Shown here: positions 9,624 to 16,545 of the stretch, one piece after another | Position numbering within the stretch: the stretch's first letter is position 1 | How the letters are laid out: every line of letters begins with the position of its first letter | The notes under the pieces: generated by a model | Seen by the model: the letters and a program-made list of their open reading frames with translations, nothing else | Database searches by the model: none | What the model was told of the DNA's origin: nothing | IMG/VR virus record: IMGVR_UViG_3300008448_000010 | DNA length: 64,000 nt | Direction: 5' to 3' (one strand) | Source: an uncultured virus (IMG/VR IMGVR_UViG_3300008448_000010) | Taxonomy: Duplodnaviria > Heunggongvirae > Uroviricota > Caudoviricetes | Translations under genes and position numbers: made by a program

Positions 9624-10256
9624 TTATTCTGTATCATAAAACATTCTTTCAGAATCTTCTGTATGCCATTTATCAAATCCTTCACAGTTATAATAATCTT
9701 TGTTAACCAAGTAATCTGGTTTTTCTGGGAATGGTTTAGTTACAAATGAAGGCTCAGACCATTTGATTCTGTTATTAGGCTGGAGTGCAATCTGACCATT
9801 ATCAAGTAAAATAATATGGTGACTCTTATGTTCTAGTGGATCTTCTGCTAGAGATAGATCTGTGTTAGGATCATTAGATCCCCAGTTTATGGTACCGTAA
9901 TAACTACCCGGGTAAAACTTATGATCCTTCATATACACTTCTACTCTGGTATCATATAGATAAGAGAGATGGAGAAGAGTAAAATTATAAGAAAAACAAT
10001 TCCATATCTGTAAGTAATGAAATGGTAGATCTGGATCCGGCATCTCTGGTTCATGTAATAAAGCATGACTTGGTAACTTATCCCTAAGTACTCCATTTTC
10101 TAAGAGTACTTGAAACAATGCTGCTTGACCAGGTAAACATCTTACAGATATAATTACCCCCGGTGTAAATTCTCCATGTCCTTTTTTATGTTGGTACATA
10201 TATTCATTCCTTACAAATACTTTAAGAGGAAAAAAGTTGTGTTCTATATAAGCCAT
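9624..10256 (-). CDS. hypothetical phage protein
   Basis: 210-aa ORF with an upstream TAnnTTTG promoter. Confidence 0.75.
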   Translation of the reverse strand: MAYIEHNFFPLKVFVRNEYMYQHKKGHGEFTPGVIISVRCLPGQAALFQVLLENGVLRDKLPSHALLHEPEMPDPDLPFHYLQIWNCFSYNFTLLHLSYLYDTRVEVYMKDHKFYPGSYYGTINWGSNDPNTDLSLAEDPLEHKSHHIILLDNGQIALQPNNRIKWSEPSFVTKPFPEKPDYLVNKDYYNCEGFDKWHTEDSERMFYDTE

Positions 10257-10269
10257 AGTAAATATTTTA

Positions 10270-10305
10270 TGTCACAAATATAGATAACATCTGTGACATC
10301 ACCAA
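10270..10305 (-). promoter_or_regulatory. sigma-A-type promoter (-7 TATATTTG at 10275-10282) inside a 29-bp quasi-palindrome
   Basis: TGTCACAAAT-N9-ATCTGTGACA; TTG(G) 19 nt upstream of the -7 box. Confidence 0.55.
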
Positions 10306-10749
10306 TACATAAATCTTATAGTAGGTAATTGTTCCCCCGGGTATATTCTACCTCAGATGTAGCCCCCATGATCTCAAGTTTATTTTACTAAAAACTGGAC
10401 AAAGGGATATGGTTTTTTAATATATAAGGGAGGAAGGAGGGTCCCTATATAACACATCCCCCCACTCTCAGCCAGCCGGGGTACCCCCCATTGTTTTATA
10501 CAGCTTCATACTAATCAGGAATTATTTTCTAAAATAAATTCTACCAGGAAATAGTTTTAGTATTACTATGAAGTACATAGTAACTATGTTATGCTATGTA
10601 GTATAGTATTGTATAGTATATACTAGAGGATGTCAAAGGTCTTGGCTCACCACACTATATATATAGTATAGTATATTATATTCTATATATAAAGCCTTCG
10701 GCATTTACAGCTTTATACTGTTAGGAATATTAATTTAAAATTTAAAGTT

Positions 10750-10896
10750 ATGTGGTATAATAGAATTGTAATGGATGAGAATAATAATGAAATATTAAGA
10801 GAGAAATGTTTTGTTAGTGAAGTGTATGAGTTATATAATGGATTAGGTATGGATGTATGTGGTAATTATATAATTGAATTTTGGAGTGAAGAATAA
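10750..10896 (+). CDS. small early protein (48 aa, MWYNRIV...)
   Basis: Read from sequence; lies between motif copy 2 and a terminator. Confidence 0.6.
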   Translation: MWYNRIVMDENNNEILREKCFVSEVYELYNGLGMDVCGNYIIEFWSEE

Positions 10897-10922
10897 AGGG
10901 ATTAACATCCCTTTATTTTTTT
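10895..10922 (+). terminator. intrinsic terminator
   Basis: AAAGGGAT-taac-ATCCCTTT plus T-tract. Confidence 0.7.
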
Positions 10923-10960
10923 CTTTTAGCCTGCGGCAGCTACAGCTTTATACTAATACT

Positions 10961-11058
10961 AAAATAATAAATGTTTCCAGGGGGGAACAGGGCCAGCCGT
11001 GGCTACTGTTTAATATACCTACGAGAGGATTCCTATGGGAAGCATTTATTATTTTTTT
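10961..11058 (+). ncRNA. candidate ~95-nt structured small RNA
   Basis: 18-bp closing stem 10961-10978/11038-11055 encloses a GC-rich branched core; it sits alone between motif copy 3 and a T-tract. Confidence 0.6.
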
Positions 11059-11116
11059 ACAACAGCCTGCAGCAGCTACAGCTTTTAACTATTAATAAAC
11101 TTTAAAACTATATATT

Positions 11117-11491
11117 ATGAAAACAATTACTTACAAGAAAAAGATTGAAGTAGAAGCTACTGTAGCTTTTCCTGTTATTACATTTGTTGCTGAGAAAATC
11201 AGAATGTTTGAAGATGGTTACTCATGGGATACTATGGGTTATGTACCAAGATATGATGGGCTTACTATTGATGGTTATCATAAACTTACAGGCATGTATT
11301 GTGATGATATATGGAAAATGCTTGAAACATATGTCATGGAAACTTATCATGAAAAACGTACAGGATATGGTTCAATAGATTATCATGTGTATTCTGGTAA
11401 AGATGTTAATCTACCTGAGTTACCTAAGTTAGAAAACACAAATGGTAATGATGACCATGCAGACTTAGTTAACATGTTTAAGAACTTATAA
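11117..11491 (+). CDS. hypothetical early protein
   Basis: 124-aa ORF between motif copy 4 and a terminator. Confidence 0.75.
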   Translation: MKTITYKKKIEVEATVAFPVITFVAEKIRMFEDGYSWDTMGYVPRYDGLTIDGYHKLTGMYCDDIWKMLETYVMETYHEKRTGYGSIDYHVYSGKDVNLPELPKLENTNGNDDHADLVNMFKNL

Positions 11492-11511
11492 GGGGAGTAA
11501 TCCCCTTTTTT
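11490..11511 (+). terminator. intrinsic terminator
   Basis: AAGGGGA-gtaa-TCCCCTT plus TTTT. Confidence 0.75.
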
Positions 11512-11676
11512 GCTTATGCCTGCGGCAGCTTTAGATACAGCTTTAGACTATTAAGGATTATAATTAGTATTGTTACCTTTTCTTTAACCAGGTAAATATC
11601 CAGTAAGCTGCTGGCCAGAGTTCAACTGAGTACATAATGAACAGGGTTTGGTCTATGTCCCTATACTATAAAGACC

Positions 11677-11831
11677 ATAATTAATGCACCATTCTCACTT
11701 CCCAAGGGTGAGCAGTTGTAATATAGGTAGCGTGAACAGGAATAGAGCTTGCAGATTACTGTTACTTTTATAATAGAAATATTATAACGGTTGAAGGGCA
11801 AGTATATTACAACTGAGTGCAGAGGGGTTAT
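11677..11831 (+). ncRNA. twister ribozyme (type P1) with extended P5 insert, copy 1
   Basis: P1 ATAAT/GTTAT; TAA; P2 TGCA/TGCA; CC; P4 CTCAC/GTGAG with loop TTCCCAAGG; 13-bp P5; GAGGG. Covaries with copy 2. Confidence 0.75.
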
Positions 11832-11843
11832 TACCCCTTTTTT
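11823..11843 (+). terminator. intrinsic terminator overlapping the twister 3' end
   Basis: AGGGGT-tatt-ACCCCT plus TTTTT. Confidence 0.7.
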
Positions 11844-11925
11844 AAATAGCCTGCGGCAGCTTTATATACAACTTTGGACTGTTAGGGATAGTAATTATTA
11901 TTAATCCATTAAAAAAATTAAAGTT

Positions 11926-12222
11926 ATGGAAAAAGTTAAAGTACAAGCAACATTAGTGAATGTTGCAAACAATGCATTATCATTTGTTAATGCAGAAGGT
12001 AAAACTACATCTTACCGTAGATGTGTAGTTAATTTCAATAATACAGATTATTTTGCAAAGATTTGGGAAAAATCTTTTCAGAATGGTGTTACAGTAGGAA
12101 ATACCTATACTGTTGAAATACAAATGGACGGTGAAAATTATTGGCTTACTGTACTTAATGGTACACAAGCAAAGGTTGCAACAGCAGAAGACTTTGCACA
12201 CCTGTTTAGTTTTGCAGTATAA
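11926..12222 (+). CDS. small beta-rich early protein (possibly OB-fold-like)
   Basis: 98 aa with alternating beta-strand pattern; fold call is tentative. Confidence 0.7.
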   Translation: MEKVKVQATLVNVANNALSFVNAEGKTTSYRRCVVNFNNTDYFAKIWEKSFQNGVTVGNTYTVEIQMDGENYWLTVLNGTQAKVATAEDFAHLFSFAV

Positions 12223-12232
12223 GACAAACCAC

Positions 12233-12266
12233 ACAAAGCACACCCTTAATTGGGTGTGTTTTGTTT
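12233..12266 (+). terminator. intrinsic terminator
   Basis: ACAAAGCACACCC-ttaatt-GGGTGTGTTTTGT. Confidence 0.7.
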
Positions 12267-12307
12267 ATAAAGCCTACGGCAGTCTTAGTACAGCTTTATA
12301 CTAAAAG

Positions 12308-12394
12308 GTTTGCAAGATAACAGTTGCTGTTATGTGTAGCAAATGTTTTTATAAAAACTGTTTGCAAGATATAATTATCTGTTATTTGTAGCAA
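12308..12394. repeat. two 35-bp imperfect direct repeats separated by a palindromic 17-bp spacer
   Basis: GTTTGCAAGATA-N7-CTGTTAT(G/T)TGTAGCAA at 12308 and 12360. Confidence 0.7.
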
Positions 12395-12416
12395 GTCTCC
12401 AGCCTGTGTAGCTTTG
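12385..12416 (+). promoter_or_regulatory. Bacteroidota sigma-A-type promoter (TTTG-N20-TAGCTTTG)
   Basis: Exact -33/-7 consensus match. Confidence 0.65.
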
Positions 12417-12668
12417 TGACTTTAATACTGTAAATCAAGTAGTTATATTTTAGAAAATAGTGAGAAAGAGTGTGAAAGTGTGATAAAGTGAAAAACTATC
12501 ACCATATTATTGGCAGATTGTGTGTTAACAGATTGGGAATAAAGCCTTATAATATATATTTATATAGCTAATCATTAGTATTGACTATATATACTATTAG
12601 TATTATCTCTCTCTATAGGGAAAGCAAGGTTAGTATTTCCGGAATATTTAAAATTTAAAATTATACTT

Positions 12669-12896
12669 ATGGAAAATGTTTATTGGACTATGAAAAATGG
12701 TCAAAAGATTAATGTTGATACTATGGATATACAACATTTAAGAAATACTCTTAAGCTTATTATTAATAATAAAGCAAGAGTAATAACAACACCTGTAAAA
12801 CCTAAGTTTGAAATACAAGGTGATATAGCACAAAACTTCATTGAGCAAATGCTTGAAGAAGATTATGCTCCTGAAGATTATGATGATCTTCATTAA
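12669..12896 (+). CDS. hypothetical protein (YWTMKNGQKI...HLRNTL)
   Basis: 75-aa ORF with A-rich leader. Confidence 0.75.
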   Translation: MENVYWTMKNGQKINVDTMDIQHLRNTLKLIINNKARVITTPVKPKFEIQGDIAQNFIEQMLEEDYAPEDYDDLH

Positions 12897-13196
12897 TTAA
12901 TGTACCATTCCTGATTCCCAAGGTCAGGCAGTTGTAATACATAGGCATAAGACTACAGTTGTAGTTATAAATCCATACAGAGTTTAATTAACTCCAAGGT
13001 GGTATAGTTATGTCTGGTTTGCTAACACTTCAATCATTTAGCTAATGATTTGTGGAAACCACTATGCATTTTATGCTTGTTAATGGAAATCCTGTTATGG
13101 GTATTCTTACTGAACCTTCATATTAAAAAAGTCCCTAGACTTGTAGGTAGTGTAAAGGTAACAATGTATGTGTATTACAATTGAGTACAGAGGGAT
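12896..13196 (+). ncRNA. twister ribozyme with ~225-nt structured P5 insert, copy 2
   Basis: TAA 12898-12900; P2 TGTA/TACA; CC; P4 CCTGA/TCAGG with loop TTCCCAAGG; P5 12929-12941/13171-13183; GAGGGA at 13190. Confidence 0.72.
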
Positions 13197-13199
13197 ACC

Positions 13200-13380
13200 A
13201 TAGCATAAGTGGTGATGAATCAATGCAAGTATATGATACTTATTATCATACATATAGGTTGAAAGACCTTGAAATCCAATAACATAAGATACATGAACTA
13301 ATGATTGTAGTCATTATTGGTGCATATGAACAGGTGATGCTTAGAGGTTCATGGGTAGAAAGTTATTAGCATTAAACTTA
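13200..13380 (+). ncRNA. candidate structured RNA downstream of twister copy 2
   Basis: Non-coding. Helices ATGCA/TGCAT, TATGATA/TATCATA, AGGTT-GAAA-GACCT and CCAATAA/TTATTGG; possible pseudoknot CATGAAC/GTTCATG. Confidence 0.45.
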
Positions 13381-13409
13381 AGGGGAGTAATAAGATTACT
13401 CCTCTTTTT
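13380..13409 (+). terminator. intrinsic terminator
   Basis: AGGGGAGTAA-taaga-TTACTCCTCT plus TTTT. Confidence 0.7.
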
Positions 13410-13436
13410 AATTTGTAACCAATTAAATTTATATAT

Positions 13437-13604
13437 ATGATTACTTTGTTTATGATTACAGAAATAACCAAGTTGGTAGCTTCTGCACAGAAAAACAACA
13501 TTACATTTTCCCAAGAGTATATTGATGCTCTTTATGATTTACCTATTAATGTTATAGTAGAGTTACGGGAATCTTACAGTGCAGAGAAATTAGTTTCTGC
13601 ATAA
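13437..13604 (+). CDS. small hypothetical protein (55 aa)
   Basis: Read from sequence; TAATG-coupled to the next ORF. Confidence 0.55.
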   Translation: MITLFMITEITKLVASAQKNNITFSQEYIDALYDLPINVIVELRESYSAEKLVSA

Positions 13605-13822
13605 TGAATACATTAATATTTCTATGGTATCTGATTACAGGTACCATAGTATATGAAAAAAACATTGATGGTAGAAATACCTATAGAATGGAATTTAGTG
13701 ATACTACTCTAATTACAGAAGGTGGAAATAAGTTCTATGGTACTACAGTTGATTATGTTTATAAGGAAGAGATTCTGGAATACATAGAATCTGGAACCTT
13801 TGAGTATAATGAAGATTATTAA
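13604..13822 (+). CDS. hypothetical protein
   Basis: ORF track. Confidence 0.65.
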   Translation: MNTLIFLWYLITGTIVYEKNIDGRNTYRMEFSDTTLITEGGNKFYGTTVDYVYKEEILEYIESGTFEYNEDY

Positions 13823-13839
13823 TACTTAAAATTATACTT

Positions 13840-14142
13840 ATGATTTCTCAATTTACATTAGAAGACTATAAAAACTTAGTCAATCAAATTAAAACAACCA
13901 AAGTTAAAGCTAGACCAGAACGTAATAGATATGAAGGTAAATATGAAAGAAAAGACTCTTTATGGAGAAGAGAAAGAACTAGACCTTGGGATAAATGTTG
14001 GTTCAGTAATAAACCACACATTATTAATTTAACTGTTGAAGAAGCAGCAAATAGATATCCAGACTATATGAAATGGATATATAAAAACTTAACAGGTATC
14101 AAATGGTCTGTCTTTACTGAAAGACTACTTATGAAACTATAA
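13840..14142 (+). CDS. hypothetical protein (YPDYMKWI, DUF3820-like tail)
   Basis: ORF track; PxYxxW motif. Confidence 0.65.
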   Translation: MISQFTLEDYKNLVNQIKTTKVKARPERNRYEGKYERKDSLWRRERTRPWDKCWFSNKPHIINLTVEEAANRYPDYMKWIYKNLTGIKWSVFTERLLMKL

Positions 14143-14339
14143 AAATTTAGCCATAGTATGGGTATTCCCTACTAACACATCTAGCGGACTGTGGCTTTAT
14201 TAAATTAATTAACCTTAACAGTAGGATGGTAAAACTGTTATTATTTATTACTTATTTAAAATAATTATGAAACTATTATTAATCTTAGCTATAATGTATA
14301 TAAGTTTTATATGTTGGATGCTTACTAAAATTTAATCTT

Positions 14340-14570
14340 ATGAAAAAACTATTAAAAAGAAGAAAAGAATTATTAATCTTACTTGATGAAGCAAGAAGAT
14401 CAGATTCAGATTATGACTTTAAATTACAAGCAATTAATGACATAGACTATGAAATGTATCTGTTAGAAAAAGATCTATATCATTACAAAATGATGAGACC
14501 ATTTAAAGTTATGTTATATGGTTTTATAATTATTAGTATAGTAATGTTAACTTATATGTTTTTTAAGTAA
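14340..14570 (+). CDS. hypothetical protein with C-terminal transmembrane helix
   Basis: ORF track; hydrophobic C-terminus. Confidence 0.65.
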   Translation: MKKLLKRRKELLILLDEARRSDSDYDFKLQAINDIDYEMYLLEKDLYHYKMMRPFKVMLYGFIIISIVMLTYMFFK

Positions 14571-14782
14571 TGTGTAATACTATTACTTCTGTATTAGGAT
14601 TTGATCTTGATGCAGAGATTACAGATAATGAAGGGAATGTTATAGCTTCCGGAACTACTTGTAATTATATACCAGAAAATAAACCAGATTATGTATTTAA
14701 TGTAGACTATTATAACAAATGGACTAACTTTAATGAAGGTTTGTTAAATAAAATAAGAGATTACAGAAAATATAATCTATAG
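14570..14782 (+). CDS. hypothetical protein
   Basis: ORF track; TAATG coupling. Confidence 0.65.
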   Translation: MCNTITSVLGFDLDAEITDNEGNVIASGTTCNYIPENKPDYVFNVDYYNKWTNFNEGLLNKIRDYRKYNL

Positions 14783-14935
14783 AAGTTTAATTAGGATTGC
14801 TTTTCCTAAAAATAATAAGGGGTTATAATGACCCCTTTTTATTGTATTAGCTATATAATACAATAATTTTAGATTTTAATAAAGCTATGTTAAATATAAT
14901 ATAATATATTTACTTAATTATATGAATCATTACAA

Positions 14936-15208
14936 ATGTTATATCAGCTGCCAAACGGCAAAGTAATATATTTAAGTGTTGAGCAGTATCTAGATCTTAC
15001 AGATTTAGATATTCAGTACTTAATGTCTATTGACTATGGTGATCATATAGTAAATCCTTTTACAGATTCAGCAATATCTAAAAATACTAAAGAAAAGTAT
15101 TATGACTTTGATTATTTAGCAGATGATGAAAGTGATGTTAATGATATTATTTCAGATGATGATCCATTTGATGAAATAATAGATTTGTCTGGCCCCTCAG
15201 ATATATAA
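14936..15208 (+). CDS. acidic hypothetical protein (MLYQLPNGKVI...)
   Basis: ORF track; very Asp-rich C-terminus. Confidence 0.7.
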   Translation: MLYQLPNGKVIYLSVEQYLDLTDLDIQYLMSIDYGDHIVNPFTDSAISKNTKEKYYDFDYLADDESDVNDIISDDDPFDEIIDLSGPSDI

Positions 15209-15308
15209 TATTATAGTAAAATATAATATAAATAACTTATTACAGCTTGAGTAACTGTAATAGAGTATCTACTCATATAATCTATTTATTTATTTAAAAT
15301 TTAAAATT

Positions 15309-15782
15309 ATGCAATCAAAAGTTGTTGTAGTACCTGATGCTACTACCGGTGCAGTGATATATGTCTCTGCAAATAACCCAGACTATGGGTATGTAAAATT
15401 ACAACAAGTTAGAACACTTGTAGATGATAATGGATTTCTAAGGAGACAAAATATGTCTGCACTAATTCAAGCTCCTGTAGGTATTCTACAAGAAATGGGC
15501 TATTATGCAGGTCAAGTTCTTGAAGGTAAAATTATTATTAAAGAATCTTTGGCTCCATTTAATAAAAAATCTCCAGAAAGAGATTTAAAAATTGCAGGTA
15601 AAACAGGTATACTATGTAAAGTAGGAAATAATCCCATTTACCGTAAAACAGTGTATAATACTTCTAGTAATGCTGCAGATATAACTATTCAACATGATAA
15701 TATAGAAGAGTTACGTGAAGCATATGCTATACAAAGAGTATCAACTACTACAGTTAGAGCAAATGAGGACTTTACAATCTAA
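15309..15782 (+). CDS. hypothetical protein
   Basis: 157 aa, followed by a hairpin terminator at ~15801-15830. Confidence 0.75.
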   Translation: MQSKVVVVPDATTGAVIYVSANNPDYGYVKLQQVRTLVDDNGFLRRQNMSALIQAPVGILQEMGYYAGQVLEGKIIIKESLAPFNKKSPERDLKIAGKTGILCKVGNNPIYRKTVYNTSSNAADITIQHDNIEELREAYAIQRVSTTTVRANEDFTI

Positions 15783-15853
15783 TTTGTAAAGAATGTTACC
15801 AGAGGGGGACACTGATGTCCCTCTCTATTTTATTTAAAATTAATATATATATA

Positions 15854-16333
15854 ATGGAAAAGCTAAAACAAAGTATTAAAGAGTATCAAACAAGCAGTAA
15901 AACATACATTAAGTATGATACTGATGGGTATAATCAATACCAAAACTATTTGTACAAAAGAGCATTACATGGTCTTAGTGCAATGACTGAAAAAGAAATA
16001 GCTACTATGTGTAGCAAAAAGAAACAAAGAATTATTAATGTATATAAGAGAGCTCAAGTTGTAATTAATAAACTTAAACAACAAGCTACTATATCTTATA
16101 GTAATTTTCTTTTTAAATCTTTATTTCCAAACAGTCCAATTACAGAATTTTTACTAACTGAAACTGAAACAGATGTAAGTATCATTAATACTCTAAATTT
16201 TAAAGATTTAAATATTAATAAAAGTGATATTATTACTATCTTTATACAAGAAGGAATCCTTCCAAAAAACTTTTTAAGTTTAGAAGGACCACAAGTAAAT
16301 ATTATTCAATTACCAAGACTAAAAAATGAGTGA
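15854..16333 (+). CDS. hypothetical protein
   Basis: Probable start MEKLKQ, after the terminator. Confidence 0.7.
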   Translation: MEKLKQSIKEYQTSSKTYIKYDTDGYNQYQNYLYKRALHGLSAMTEKEIATMCSKKKQRIINVYKRAQVVINKLKQQATISYSNFLFKSLFPNSPITEFLLTETETDVSIINTLNFKDLNINKSDIITIFIQEGILPKNFLSLEGPQVNIIQLPRLKNE

Positions 16334-16541
16334 CTATACACCAAAGTTAACACCATTAGATCAAGAATTTTATGATTTGCTTTCTGGATTAGATTTAGAA
16401 GATTTAAGAACTATGAGAGATGAAAACTATTGGTGGACTACCTGTATATTTACAGGTGCACAAATACCTAGACCTAAATATGAAAAAATAGATCTTATAA
16501 GTTATTATATTGCAAAAGGTGTACCTAAACCAAAAGAATAG
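16326..16541 (+). CDS. hypothetical protein
   Basis: ORF track. Confidence 0.65.
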   Translation: MSDYTPKLTPLDQEFYDLLSGLDLEDLRTMRDENYWWTTCIFTGAQIPRPKYEKIDLISYYIAKGVPKPKE

Positions 16542-16545
16542 TTAT

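Larger units (their letters stand above)
10479..12302 (+). promoter_or_regulatory. seven-copy hairpin + TACAGCTTTATACT motif; putative early (virion RNAP) promoters
   Basis: Cores at 10499, 10706, 10941, 11077, 11536, 11867 and 12289. Each follows a 9-bp mini-hairpin (GCC-TNC-RGC, or GGG-TAC-CCC in the first copy), and five lie just after a terminator or U-tract. Confidence 0.7.

Noticed and set aside
10479..12394. CRISPR array interpretation of the early repeats or the 35-bp pair
   Set aside because: Spacing is irregular (about 140-460 bp) with genes and terminators between copies; the 35-bp pair has only a 17-bp palindromic spacer; no cas genes
11683..12898. Circular RNA formed between the two twister cleavage sites
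   Set aside because: The ends would be chemically compatible, but two terminators and several promoters lie between them; divergent RT-PCR would be needed to revive the idea
13210..13280. Hammerhead ribozyme (GTGATGA...GAAA)
   Set aside because: Core reads GUGAUGA rather than CUGANGA, and I could not build stems I and III
10256..15300. tRNA or tmRNA genes in the non-coding regions
   Set aside because: No cloverleaf with a TTCRA T-loop and acceptor stem found by eye; tRNAscan-SE or ARAGORN should confirm
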